From Pseudomonadota bacterium (lineage in GTDB: Bacteria > Pseudomonadota > Gammaproteobacteria > Acidiferrobacterales > UBA6901), in NCBI GenBank assembly GCA_021790335.1, contig JAJYEE010000007.1:1255-65254 (forward strand): a stretch of DNA of 64,000 bases, given 5' to 3'. Positions 45,743-55,859 of the stretch are shown piece by piece. The notes below the pieces were generated by a model. It searched no databases. It had not been told where the DNA came from and saw nothing but the letters and a program-made list of their open reading frames with translations. The position numbers were made by a program, and so were the translations under genes. Every line of letters begins with the position of its first letter. The first letter of the stretch is position 1.

Positions 45743-48655
45743 CTACTCAGCAACATCGATCAAACCTGCCGCGCGCTCCGTGTCACCGGTCAGCGGCGTT
45801 CGCAGCAGCAATGCCACGGGAAAGCGCGCGAGCACCCGGGCCGCACGCAACCACCATCCGCCCCGCCGCCACTCGGCTGCGAGGATCTCTCCGGTAAAGA
45901 CGTTCAGGTAATCGCCGGGTGCCGGTGCCTCGATGTCCGTATCACCCCATACTTCCGCACCGAGCGGCAGGCGTTCGTGCTCGCCGGTGAGCCGCGCAAA
46001 CCAGCGCGGCGCCACCGTGACTATCGTCGCCGCCTCATTGCGGCGCGCGAACGCGCAGATGTGCTGTGCCCGTGCACCCCGCGGCAAGAGCGCCAGATAC
46101 TCGCCGCTGCAAAATACATCCGCATGCCGCCCACGCAGTTCGAGCACCCGCCGCACTACGTACAATTTCACGCGCCCATCCTCCCAGGTGTTGAGCAGCA
46201 GCCGCACGCGCGCCGCAAGCGCGGTCCCGCTGCCCGCCACAAGCGGCCTGAGCTGTTCCAGAAGCCGGCGGCGACGCTCGAAATCGACCGGACGTCGGTT
46301 GTCCGGGTCGACGAGACTCAGCTGCCAGATCTCCGTACCCTGATAGATATCGGGCACGCCCGGCGCAGTGAGCCGGACGAGCACCTGCGACAGCCCGTTC
46401 AGCATGCCGAACAGGGCAACATGCCTGGCAAACCGCGCGATATCGGAGCGGAATGTACTCTTGCGCGATGCCTCGAGCAGCGTACGCACAAAGGCAAGCA
46501 CCGATTCTTCATATGCCGCATCGGGGTTGATCCAGCTGGTGTGCACCTTGGCCTCACGCACCGCCTTGAGCATGAAGCGCTCGATGCGTTCCGCGAATTC
46601 GGCAAGACCCGGGCTGCCGGACTCCTCGACCGGCCATGCGCCAACCAGCGTCTGGTACAGCAGGTATTCGTCTTCGCGCGCCGGCACGGAGCGATCGTCG
46701 AGCATGCGCCGGGCGCCGGCGTTGAGGCGGCTCCAGCGGTTGACATGCGTGCGCCACGTCGCCGGCATCTCGGAAAGCACGTCGATGCGGGCGCGCACGT
46801 CCTCGCTGCGCTTGCTGTCGTGAGTCGAGCTCGACAGCAGCATATGCGGCCACTGCCGCTGGCGCTCGCGGTTCATCATATGGAACGCTGTCATCGGAAA
46901 GCCGAAACGGCGCGGATCGTCCCCGACCTCGTTGAGTGCGATGAAGCGGCTGTAGGCATAAAAGCTGGTGTCCTCCATGCCCTTGGCCATGACCGGCGCC
47001 GTATACTGCTGGAATTTCATCACAAAGCGCAGCTGCCTATCGTCCCGATCCGGACCTGCCTGCTCGAGCAGCAGGATCCGGCGCAGGAATCCGAAGATGC
47101 TGACGTCGGCCGCGGGGCTGCGCTTCATTGCCTGGACGATGGCCTGCTCGATACAGCGCCGGTCCTCTTCCGAGACCCCGGCTGCCGAGATGTAGGTGCG
47201 GTACACCGGAAAGCAGGCGATTACCTCCATGAGCGCATCGCGCAAGGCGTGCAGCGTATAGTCGCGCGTGTGGCGGTCGTCCTCGGAAATCTGGTCCAGC
47301 AGGTTGGCCAGCACCATCAGCTCCCCCGACATCAGCGTACGCATGACGAGTTTTTTGCTTTCACACAGCAGCTCCGTGAAATCGCCCGCCTGTCCCGTGA
47401 AACGTTCGTAGATTTCCGTCAACACCGGACCGGCATCCGGGTATACGAAAAGACCGTTCAGCTGCGCGGAAAATTCGTAGCCGGTGGTGCCATGCACCGG
47501 CCAGTCGGAGCGCAGCCGCTCGCCCGCCGCCAGGATTTTCTCTGCGACGGTATATATGGCCAGGCCCTCGCCGTCCCCCCCGGTCGAGACCGCATCCCGC
47601 AGCATCCGGAAATAATTCAGCGGATCGAACAGCCCGTCGGGATGGTCCACGCGGAAACCCTCCAGCATGCCCGCTCTGGCGAGTTCCACGATCACCCGGT
47701 GCGTGGCGTGGAAAACCTCCGGACGCTCCATGCGCAGTCCCGCGAGCGCATTGATGTCGAAAAAGCGACGGTAGTTGATCTCATCCGATGCCACCAGCCA
47801 GTATGCGAGACGATACGCCTGCTGCTCGAGCAGCTGATGCAGCACATCCAGGCTCTCAGGCTGTGGCGGGTCGCCGTTGACCGCAGCCACCGTCGCTGCA
47901 ATCCGCTCGCCGATCTGTGACTGGTCACGGCACAGATCCGCCAGTGCGCTCTTGAGTACGGCGATCGCCTGTGACCTGATGCGGCTGCGCGCCGCCGCCG
48001 TCTCCCGGCGCGCAGGCAGATCATCGAACGCGCCGATGAGCTGCCGCAGGGTTTCACGCCCGGCGAATCCCTCCGGCAGCGCGTCCAGTACGTTGCGAAG
48101 GACGAAGGGGTAGGTTTTTGGATCGATCGGAAAGTAATGCTCGTGATACGTTATGCCGAGCTGGCCCTGCGCGGCGTCGAAACTCAATTGCAACAGCCGC
48201 TTCTCGAGAACCGTGCCGTAGTGGTCCTCGAGAAACGGCAGCAGCAGTTTGCCACGCAGTTCACTTTTGGCCGGACGCCAGTCGATGTCGAAATACGTCG
48301 CGAACTCCGATGCCTCTCCGTTTTCCAGAACATCGAGCCACCACAGATTGTCCGCGCCACCGACACCCATGTGGTTCGGAACAATGTCGACCACCACTCC
48401 CATGCCGTGCTCCCGCAGTACCGCCACGAAGCGCTCGAAATCCTCGCGCGTCCCGATCTCCGGATTGAATTCGCTGTGATCGACCACATCGTAGCCGTGG
48501 CCGCTTCCAGCACGTGCGCGCAGGATCGGCGACACGTAGCAGTGGCTGATCCCCAGTTCGTGCAGATACGGAACCAACTGCGCGGCGTGGGTAAAGGTGA
48601 AGTCCCGGTTGAGCTGAAGCCTGTAGGTGGCAAGCGGTATGCGCGGCGCATTCAT
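45743..48655 (-). CDS. treY: Malto-oligosyltrehalose synthase
   Basis: The ATG at 48655 gives MNAPRIPLATYRLQLNRDFTFTHAAQLVPYLHELGISHCYVSPIL, a classic TreY N-terminus, and overlaps the treZ stop (ATGA). The track ORF to 49174 is an artefactual 173-aa extension. Confidence 0.92.
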   Translation of the reverse strand: MNAPRIPLATYRLQLNRDFTFTHAAQLVPYLHELGISHCYVSPILRARAGSGHGYDVVDHSEFNPEIGTREDFERFVAVLREHGMGVVVDIVPNHMGVGGADNLWWLDVLENGEASEFATYFDIDWRPAKSELRGKLLLPFLEDHYGTVLEKRLLQLSFDAAQGQLGITYHEHYFPIDPKTYPFVLRNVLDALPEGFAGRETLRQLIGAFDDLPARRETAAARSRIRSQAIAVLKSALADLCRDQSQIGERIAATVAAVNGDPPQPESLDVLHQLLEQQAYRLAYWLVASDEINYRRFFDINALAGLRMERPEVFHATHRVIVELARAGMLEGFRVDHPDGLFDPLNYFRMLRDAVSTGGDGEGLAIYTVAEKILAAGERLRSDWPVHGTTGYEFSAQLNGLFVYPDAGPVLTEIYERFTGQAGDFTELLCESKKLVMRTLMSGELMVLANLLDQISEDDRHTRDYTLHALRDALMEVIACFPVYRTYISAAGVSEEDRRCIEQAIVQAMKRSPAADVSIFGFLRRILLLEQAGPDRDDRQLRFVMKFQQYTAPVMAKGMEDTSFYAYSRFIALNEVGDDPRRFGFPMTAFHMMNRERQRQWPHMLLSSSTHDSKRSEDVRARIDVLSEMPATWRTHVNRWSRLNAGARRMLDDRSVPAREDEYLLYQTLVGAWPVEESGSPGLAEFAERIERFMLKAVREAKVHTSWINPDAAYEESVLAFVRTLLEASRKSTFRSDIARFARHVALFGMLNGLSQVLVRLTAPGVPDIYQGTEIWQLSLVDPDNRRPVDFERRRRLLEQLRPLVAGSGTALAARVRLLLNTWEDGRVKLYVVRRVLELRGRHADVFCSGEYLALLPRGARAQHICAFARRNEAATIVTVAPRWFARLTGEHERLPLGAEVWGDTDIEAPAPGDYLNVFTGEILAAEWRRGGWWLRAARVLARFPVALLLRTPLTGDTERAAGLIDVAE

Positions 48656-50535
48656 ACCTGAATCCCCGCGCCCGCCGCATCGAGAAACCAGATGACCGAC
48701 CAGGGAGGCAGCGTACGGGCGCCAGCCTGCACGCCACCCGCGGAATAGATCACCCGTCCCGCCGGCCAGTCCCCGGCCGGCGCAGGTCCGGCGCCGAGAT
48801 TCGCGACCAGTACAAGCACACTGCTGTCGGCGAGCGTCCAGCGCACGCCCAGCGCCGTCTCGCCGTGCAGCCGGAATTGTCCGCAACCGCCCTGAAGCCG
48901 CGTGATGCGTGGAGCGATTTCGCGCTGCCGGATCGCGAGCAGCTCGCGGTGCCACCGCCACCAACGCCGTCCGGCGCTGGTTTCCGGTTCGCTCCAGTCG
49001 AGCTTCGCACTTTCGAAGGTTCGTACATCGTTCGGATCGGGAATGAGTGCGCGCGCCTGCGGGTCGCGAAACGCGGGAAAGTGCGCGAACTCCTCGCGCC
49101 GCCCGCGTGTCACAGCTTCTGCCAGGCCATCTGCGAAATCGCAGAAAAAAGGAAACGGCGCCGCCGTCCCCCATTCCTGCCCCATGAACAGCAGCGGCGG
49201 CGACGGCGCAAGCAGCAGAACCGCCGTGGCCGCACGCACCGCGGCTTCGGTCGCCAGCCGCGTTATGCGCTCTCCGAAAGCCCGGTTGCCGACCTGATCA
49301 TGCGTCTGGAGCGCCGAGACGAACGCCGTGAGCGGCAATCCCGCCGACGGCTCGCCCCGCAACGCGCCGCCCCGATAGCGCGACGGCTCGCCCTGGTAGG
49401 AAAACCCCTCCGTCAGGCAGCGGCCAAGATGGCGTGCGGGTGCATCCGCGTAGTCCCCGTAGTAACCGCTGCGTTCGCCGGTGACAAGCACGTGCATGGC
49501 ATGATGAATGTCGTCATTCCACTGCGCGGCGTAGCGGGTCTGGCCGCAATCGGCGCTACGCGCGAGGTGCCGCGCCTCATTGCGATCGTTTTCGAGCACC
49601 AGATGGACGCAGCGCGATGCGCCCGGGCCTTTTGCCACCGTCTGCGCGAGCTCTTCCAGAAAATCCGGTTGCGAGACGTCCCGGATTGCGTGCGCTGCAT
49701 CGATGCGCAGGCCATCGAAATGGAATTCATCGAGCCAGTAGAGCGCGTTGTGAATGAAATACTGGCGCACGACGGACGAATCCGCACCGCCAAAGTTGAT
49801 CGCCGCGCCCCACGGCGTGTGCTGCCGCGCATCCAGAAAGGCCGGGGCATAGCGCGGCAGATAGTTGCCATCCGGTCCGAAGTGGTTGTATACGACATCC
49901 AGGAAAACCATGAGACCGCGTGTGTGTGCGGCCTGCACGAGCGCTTTAAGCGCCTGCGGCGGGCCGTAACTCGAATCCGGCGCGAACGGCAGGACACCAT
50001 CGTAGCCCCAGTTGCGCGCACCGGGAAAGTCGGCAACCGGCATGAGCTCGATGGCCGTGACGCCGAGATCGGCGAGCCGGTCCAGTCGGCTCTGTACACC
50101 GGCAAATCCGCCTTCGCGCGAAAACGCACCCACATGCAGCTCGTAGAACACGGTCTGCGACCAGGGACGTCCGCGCCATCCGCCGTCGGACCACTCGAAG
50201 GCGAGCGGGTCGATCACCTCGCTCGGTCCGTGTACATCCTGCGGCTGGTGACGCGAGGCCGGATCGGGCACCTCGACACCGCCGTCGATCCGGAAGCGAT
50301 AGCGCGTACCGGGACCGGCGATGCCGGTCGTCAGCCCGAACCACCCTTCCTGCAATGCGTCCATCGGCAGCATTTGGGGTTCACAGTCATGCTCCAGACA
50401 GAGCATAACCTCGCGCGCTGCCGGGGCCCACAGCCGGAAGCGCACGCCGCCACCCGGAAGGACCTCAGCCCCGAACGGCATGCAGTGGCGGCGCCGCACT
50501 GGATCGCCAGTCTGCGATGCGCGTGATTGGTTCAT
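48652..50535 (-). CDS. treZ: Malto-oligosyltrehalose trehalohydrolase
   Basis: 627 aa with a GH13 catalytic core (FDGLRIDAAHAI, LENDRNEA) and an N-terminal E-set domain (VRFRLWAP). Confidence 0.92.
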   Translation of the reverse strand: MNQSRASQTGDPVRRRHCMPFGAEVLPGGGVRFRLWAPAAREVMLCLEHDCEPQMLPMDALQEGWFGLTTGIAGPGTRYRFRIDGGVEVPDPASRHQPQDVHGPSEVIDPLAFEWSDGGWRGRPWSQTVFYELHVGAFSREGGFAGVQSRLDRLADLGVTAIELMPVADFPGARNWGYDGVLPFAPDSSYGPPQALKALVQAAHTRGLMVFLDVVYNHFGPDGNYLPRYAPAFLDARQHTPWGAAINFGGADSSVVRQYFIHNALYWLDEFHFDGLRIDAAHAIRDVSQPDFLEELAQTVAKGPGASRCVHLVLENDRNEARHLARSADCGQTRYAAQWNDDIHHAMHVLVTGERSGYYGDYADAPARHLGRCLTEGFSYQGEPSRYRGGALRGEPSAGLPLTAFVSALQTHDQVGNRAFGERITRLATEAAVRAATAVLLLAPSPPLLFMGQEWGTAAPFPFFCDFADGLAEAVTRGRREEFAHFPAFRDPQARALIPDPNDVRTFESAKLDWSEPETSAGRRWWRWHRELLAIRQREIAPRITRLQGGCGQFRLHGETALGVRWTLADSSVLVLVANLGAGPAPAGDWPAGRVIYSAGGVQAGARTLPPWSVIWFLDAAGAGIQV

Positions 50536-50658
50536 GCGATCTCTCCGTGTTGACGCAATGTGCCGTCTGGCAGAGCTCTACCGTGGACAAAACCGACACA
50601 GCAATTCGCCGCTGCCTGCCCCCAATGCGCCGCAGCCTGTGCTGCCGACGCCGCCGGC

Positions 50659-51153
50659 CTACCGCAGCTTGCTTAGTTGATAAAGCATGGTCTCGGCGTC
50701 GCTCACCTCGAACTTTCCCGGCTCCTCGATATTGAGCGTCATGACCACGCCGTCATCGACCAGCATGGAATAGCGCTTCGAGCGCAGCCCCATGCCGTAG
50801 CCGCTCAGATTCTCTTCGACGCCGATGGCTCGGGTAAAATCCGCGTTGCCGTCCGCCAGCATGCGGATTTTTCCTTCGGTGTGCTGATCCCGTCCCCAGG
50901 CACCCATGACGAACGCGTCGTTTACCGACACGCATGCGATCTCATCGACGCCGAGCGCCCGGATCTTGTCCGCCAGGGCAAGATAGCCGGGCACGTGACG
51001 CGCAGAGCACGTCGGAGTGAACGCCCCCGGCAACCCGAACAGCACGACGCGTCGTTTGCGGACCAGGCCTTCAATTGAAACCTCCCTGGTTCCATCGGCC
51101 GTCAATTCACGCAGTGTCGCGTTAGGGAGTGGGTCACCGGTAGTGATCGCCAT
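50659..51153 (-). CDS. Peroxiredoxin, Prx5/type II (AhpC/TSA family)
   Basis: 164 aa with the peroxidatic Cys in GLPGAFTPTCS and Prx5-like spacing. Confidence 0.9.
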   Translation of the reverse strand: MAITTGDPLPNATLRELTADGTREVSIEGLVRKRRVVLFGLPGAFTPTCSARHVPGYLALADKIRALGVDEIACVSVNDAFVMGAWGRDQHTEGKIRMLADGNADFTRAIGVEENLSGYGMGLRSKRYSMLVDDGVVMTLNIEEPGKFEVSDAETMLYQLSKLR

Positions 51154-51624
51154 AGTCGGAGCTCCTAATTAGATTCCAGCAATCGTTTCAGGGGTAGGTC
51201 GGAAGCCGGCCGGAGTCGGTTTCAATTCCGGTCGAGGCGCGGGCCCCGCGATGCTTCCGGCTGGCCAGTCGACCATGGCGACGACAACACGCGCGCCTTC
51301 GGTGCGTACCGGCTCAGCCACTGAGACGGCACGACCGGCAGGACGACGCCGCGTGGCCGCCTTGGCAAAAAAACCCGTGTGGCACAGTGCATGCACCCGG
51401 GTGGGCCGCAGGATTCGCGGCTGAGCCAGGCCATCGCAATCCGAGCCGCGAACCCCGGGGCGCTTCGCGAAACGCAGTCTCATGCAAGGAACGCTGTGCG
51501 CCGACGGCTTGTGCTGCATTATCCGCCAGCACGGCGGGCATCCGCAAACCGTGCCGCCAACGGAGAATGGGGCCTGGGCCGCATCCGGTATCCCGGGCGC
51601 GGTCTGGCAATGGGACGAGGCAGG

Positions 51625-53574
51625 CTAGTCCTGGGCGTGCAGTTCCGGTGTCTGCGCCCGGCATTCCGTCCGCAGGAACTGCTGCACGTCCCCCAACAGC
51701 CGGGTGCGCGGCATCGGCGGCAGGCTCGCAAGAAATATTTTCCCGTAGCCCTTGGCGAGCAGCCGCGGGTCGCAGAGCATCAACACCCCGCGGTCGTTGG
51801 CGTCACGGATCAGCCGTCCCGCCCCCTGCTTGAGCGCGATTACGGCATCGGGCAGCAGCGATTCCATGAACGGACTGCGTCCGTCGCGTTCCAGCGCCTC
51901 ACCGCGCGCCCGCATCACCGGATCGTCCGGCGCCGCGAACGGCAGCTTGTCGATGATCACCGTCGACAACGCCTCGCCACGCACATCGACTCCTTCCCAG
52001 AAGCTCCCGGTACCGAGCAGCACTGCATTGCCAGCCAGCCGGAAGCGCTCCAGAAGCCGTGCGCGGGGTGCGCTGCCCTGGACGAGCAGCGGGAAGCTGC
52101 AACGCGAGGCCAGATAGGCGGCCGCGAACTTCAGGGCGCGGTGGCTGGTAAACAGTACAAACGCCCGCCCCCGGCTCGCCTCAATCACGGGCAATGCCGC
52201 TTCGAGAACACGCTCTGTGTAGTCGGGAGCAGCCGGCGGCGGCATGCTTTCCGGGATATAGAGCAGCGTCTGATGGGCGTAGTCGAACGGACTCTCCCAC
52301 TGCTCGGCGATGGCTTCCTGCAGGCCGAGCTCATCGCGGAAATGGGCGAAGCTATGGTCTATTGCCAGCGTCGCGGATGTGAAGATCCAGGCTTTCCGGT
52401 CCCCCTCGAGGTGGCGGCGAAACAGCGGCGCAATCGCCATGGGAGTGAGATGCAACGCGAAGCTGCGCGCCGCCGTCTCGAACCACGGCACGAAATCCGG
52501 TGGCGGGGTTTCGATCAGGAGTTCCAGCCGCCCGCTCAGATCAAGAGCGCGGTTGAGACAGTTGGCGAGTCCGGGCCCGCGAACCGCCGCGGCCTCGAGC
52601 AGACCGGTCAGCTCTCCGAGGCGGACACGCGTTTCACCGATCGCTTTCTGCAGTTCCTGCCGCTGAGCCATGTTGCTCCACGGGCTGCGTTGCGGTTCGG
52701 TTCCGAACGCAAGGCGTGTGTCGGCAACCGACTTTTCGAGCCGCTGCGCCGCCTCCTGCAATCCTGCGACCGCACTCTTCTCCTTAATCTCTTCGACAAT
52801 CGCATCCCGGCACAGCGCATTGAGCTGCTGGCTCCCCAGGGAGATTCCGAAGAATCCGCTGGCAATCTCGGGAAGCTGGTGCGCTTCGTCGAAAATCAAT
52901 GCCTCCACTCCTGGCAGCAGCTGCCCGAACCCTTCTTCGCGTAGTGCCAGATCGGCGAAAAACAGATGATGATTGACCACCAGAACATCGGCAGCGAGCG
53001 CTTCGCGCCGCGCCCGGTTCACATGGCACTGGCCATAGTGACCGCACTGGCTGCCGAGGCAGTTGTCGGATGTCGAGGTGACCAGTGGCCAGAGCTCCGA
53101 GTCCTCGGGAACATCGCTCAGTTCGGCGATATCGCCGCTGACGGTGACACCGGCCCATTTGCGGATGTGCGCCAGCATCGCGTCGCGGCGCCGCCCGCCG
53201 AAGCGGCCCTCGAGCTCGGCGCGTTCCAGGCGCGCGAGGCAAAGATAGTTCGAACGCCCCTTGAGAAGTGCGACGCTCACCGGCACGCCCAGCGCATCGC
53301 GCACCAGCGGCAGATCGCGCCGGTACAGCTGATCCTGCAGATTCCGCGTGCCGGTGGAAACGAGCACCTTTTTTCCCGAAAGCAGAGCCGGCACCAAATA
53401 GGCGAAGGTCTTCCCGGTACCGGTACCGGATTCGACGATATAGATAGACTGTTCCGCCAGCACGGTCTCGATGCGCGCTGCGATCTGCTGCTGCGCTGGC
53501 CGTGCCACAAACCCCGGGAGGCGGGAAGCAAGGGGCCCGCCCGGCCCGAGACACTGCGCGCTAGGCGAGTCCAT
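51625..53574 (-). CDS. ATP-dependent DNA helicase, DinG/YoaA (XPD/Rad3-like, Fe-S) family
   Basis: 649 aa with Walker A VESGTGTGKTFAYLVPA, a DEAH box (FDEAHQL), a four-Cys Fe-S region (YLCL...DNCLGSQCGHYGQC) and C-terminal helicase motifs. Confidence 0.88.
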   Translation of the reverse strand: MDSPSAQCLGPGGPLASRLPGFVARPAQQQIAARIETVLAEQSIYIVESGTGTGKTFAYLVPALLSGKKVLVSTGTRNLQDQLYRRDLPLVRDALGVPVSVALLKGRSNYLCLARLERAELEGRFGGRRRDAMLAHIRKWAGVTVSGDIAELSDVPEDSELWPLVTSTSDNCLGSQCGHYGQCHVNRARREALAADVLVVNHHLFFADLALREEGFGQLLPGVEALIFDEAHQLPEIASGFFGISLGSQQLNALCRDAIVEEIKEKSAVAGLQEAAQRLEKSVADTRLAFGTEPQRSPWSNMAQRQELQKAIGETRVRLGELTGLLEAAAVRGPGLANCLNRALDLSGRLELLIETPPPDFVPWFETAARSFALHLTPMAIAPLFRRHLEGDRKAWIFTSATLAIDHSFAHFRDELGLQEAIAEQWESPFDYAHQTLLYIPESMPPPAAPDYTERVLEAALPVIEASRGRAFVLFTSHRALKFAAAYLASRCSFPLLVQGSAPRARLLERFRLAGNAVLLGTGSFWEGVDVRGEALSTVIIDKLPFAAPDDPVMRARGEALERDGRSPFMESLLPDAVIALKQGAGRLIRDANDRGVLMLCDPRLLAKGYGKIFLASLPPMPRTRLLGDVQQFLRTECRAQTPELHAQD

Positions 53575-54442
53575 GGTCGTCCGCCAGACATTGCCTCAGG
53601 GCAGCTTCCCATCCCGGCAACCGGATTCCGAAACCGCGCTCGAGCTTGTCGCAGGACAGAACGGAGTAGGCGGGGCGGCGTGCCGGCGTCGGATACTGGG
53701 CGGTGCTGATGGGGGTGACACGCACGCGCGCGGCCCGGCCGGACAGCTCGATGATGCGCTGCGCAAACCCGTGCCAGCTGACTGACCCCTGACAGGTCAT
53801 GTGGTAGACACCGTTGCGCTCCGTACGAAACCCCTCCCCGTCGCTCATCGCCGAAAGCATCTGCACGCTGGCTTCTGCCACCAGCCGCGCATAGGTAGGG
53901 CTGCCGATCTGGTCGTCGACCACGCGCAACTCGTCGCGCTCGTCCGCCAGATGCAGCATGGTCTTCAGGAAATTGCGTCCATGGTTCGAGTACAGCCAGG
54001 CGGTGCGAACGATCAGATATGCACCTGCGACGGCACGGATTGCCTCCTCGCCGGCGAGCTTGGTCTTCCCGTAAACACCGAGCGGCGCGGTCGGAGAGTC
54101 TTCGGTATAGGGTTCGTGTGCCGTCCCGTCAAACACATAGTCGGTCGAATAGTGGAGCAGCAGCGCGCCGATCTCGCCTGCCACCCGGGCCATGACCGCG
54201 GGCGCTTCGCCATTTATACGCCCGGCCGTATCGGCATCCGACTCGGCCCGGTCCACCGCCGTGTACGCGGTGGCATTGATGATGATCCGTGGCTCCTGCC
54301 GCAACAGCGTTTCACGCAAGCGGGGGCCATCGGCGAGATCGACCTCATTCCGGCCGTAGGCACACACCTCCATGCTGTCACCGAGAATGGCAAGCAGACT
54401 CGATCCAAGCTGCCCGTTGCGACCGAACAGTGCGACTTTCAT
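53561..54442 (-). CDS. rfbD: dTDP-4-dehydrorhamnose reductase
   Basis: 293 aa with an N-terminal Rossmann motif ([12 protein letters not shown]) and STDYVFDG. Last gene of rfbBACD. Confidence 0.92.
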   Translation of the reverse strand: MKVALFGRNGQLGSSLLAILGDSMEVCAYGRNEVDLADGPRLRETLLRQEPRIIINATAYTAVDRAESDADTAGRINGEAPAVMARVAGEIGALLLHYSTDYVFDGTAHEPYTEDSPTAPLGVYGKTKLAGEEAIRAVAGAYLIVRTAWLYSNHGRNFLKTMLHLADERDELRVVDDQIGSPTYARLVAEASVQMLSAMSDGEGFRTERNGVYHMTCQGSVSWHGFAQRIIELSGRAARVRVTPISTAQYPTPARRPAYSVLSCDKLERGFGIRLPGWEAALRQCLADDHGLA

Positions 54443-54987
54443 CCGGGAATCAGCGCGTCGCGCAGCGGCACGCCCTTCGCATCCTTGTCAGAGATCACCG
54501 GCTCCATCACCGGCCAGTCAATGCCGATCTCCGGATCGCTCCATAATATGGAGTGCTCGCAATCGGGGCTGTAGAAATCGGTGCACTTGTAGAGGACGCG
54601 CGCATGATCACTGGTCACGCAGAACCCGTGCGCGAAACCGGGTGGGATGTAGAGCTGCAGGTGGTTCTGCTCCGATAGCGTTACGCCGAACCACTTTCCG
54701 AACGTCGGAGAATTCCTGCGTATGTCCACCACCGCGTCATAAATCTCACCTTCGATCACCATCACCAGCTTTCCCTGGGCATGCGGGTGTTGATAATGCA
54801 GACCGCGCAGCACGCCGCGCTCCGAGCTTGACAGATTGTCCTGCACGAATGCATCACGAACCACGTCCGACTCGAACTTCTGCAGGTGGTAGGTTTCCAC
54901 GAAATAGCCGCGCGCATCCTCGAATACCCGCGGCCTGATGAGCTTAAGCCCGCCGAGCGGCAGGTCCGAAACCACCAGATTGCTCAT
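54439..54987 (-). CDS. rfbC: dTDP-4-dehydrorhamnose 3,5-epimerase
   Basis: 182 aa with RmlC cupin motifs ([19 protein letters not shown]). It has 4-nt overlaps with both neighbours. Confidence 0.95.
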   Translation of the reverse strand: MSNLVVSDLPLGGLKLIRPRVFEDARGYFVETYHLQKFESDVVRDAFVQDNLSSSERGVLRGLHYQHPHAQGKLVMVIEGEIYDAVVDIRRNSPTFGKWFGVTLSEQNHLQLYIPPGFAHGFCVTSDHARVLYKCTDFYSPDCEHSILWSDPEIGIDWPVMEPVISDKDAKGVPLRDALIPG

Positions 54988-55859
54988 GCCTGCTCGCCCT
55001 CCGCCACTATGGCGCGCAGATAGGCTCCGTATTCATGACCGACCTTGCCCGCCAGCCGCTCAAGCTGGTCCCGGTCAATAAATCCCATCTGATAGGCCAC
55101 TTCCTCGATACACGCCACCTTCAGGCCCTGTCGCATTTCGATCGTCTGAATGTAATTCGCCGCCTGGTGCAGGGTTTCGTGTGTGCCGGTATCGAGCCAC
55201 GCCGTGCCGCGGCCGAGCCTTTCGACGTACAATTTCCTGTCTTCGAGGTAACGCAGGTTGACGTCGGTGATCTCAATCTCTCCGCGCGCCGACGGTCTCA
55301 GGTCGGCAGCGATGTCGCACACATGTGCATCATAGAAGTAAAGCCCGGTCACCGCGTAGCGCGACTTCGGAGCGGACGGCTTTTCAACGATATCGACCAC
55401 CCGCCCCTCACTGTCGAATTCGGCCACACCGTAACGCTGCGGATCCTTCACGCGGTAGACGAAAACGGTCGCCCCCTCGCGGCGCGAGGATGCTTCGAGC
55501 ATCTGCTCGGCGAGGCCGTGGCCGTAGAAAATATTGTCGCCCAGTATGAGCGCCACCTGTCCACCGCCAACAAACCGGCGCCCGAGAATGAACGCCTGGG
55601 CGATACCCTCGGGACGCGGCTGCTCGACGTAATCGAACTTCAGGCCGAGGTGCCCCCCATCGCGGAACAGGTCTCGAAAACGCGGGAGATCCTGCGGCGT
55701 CGAGATGATCAGAAACTCGCGGATCCCGGCGAGCATCAGCGTCGACAGCGGATAATAGATCATCGGCTTGTCGTATACTGGCAGCAGCTGCTTGCTGATC
55801 ACCTGAGTGAGAGGTGCCAGGCGCGTGCCCGCGCCGCCGGCCAGAATGATGCCTTTCAC
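54984..55859 (-). CDS. rfbA: Glucose-1-phosphate thymidylyltransferase
   Basis: The GTG at 55859 gives [18 protein letters not shown], the canonical RmlA start, and overlaps the rfbB stop (GTGA). The track ORF to 55973 is over-extended. Confidence 0.95.
   Translation of the reverse strand: MKGIILAGGAGTRLAPLTQVISKQLLPVYDKPMIYYPLSTLMLAGIREFLIISTPQDLPRFRDLFRDGGHLGLKFDYVEQPRPEGIAQAFILGRRFVGGGQVALILGDNIFYGHGLAEQMLEASSRREGATVFVYRVKDPQRYGVAEFDSEGRVVDIVEKPSAPKSRYAVTGLYFYDAHVCDIAADLRPSARGEIEITDVNLRYLEDRKLYVERLGRGTAWLDTGTHETLHQAANYIQTIEMRQGLKVACIEEVAYQMGFIDRDQLERLAGKVGHEYGAYLRAIVAEGEQA

Noticed and set aside
51190-51235. GGTTTCAATTCCGG segment that superficially resembles a tRNA T-arm.
   Set aside because: The complementary arms CCGGA/TCCGG enclose 12 nt rather than a 7-nt T-loop, and no acceptor or anticodon arms are present.
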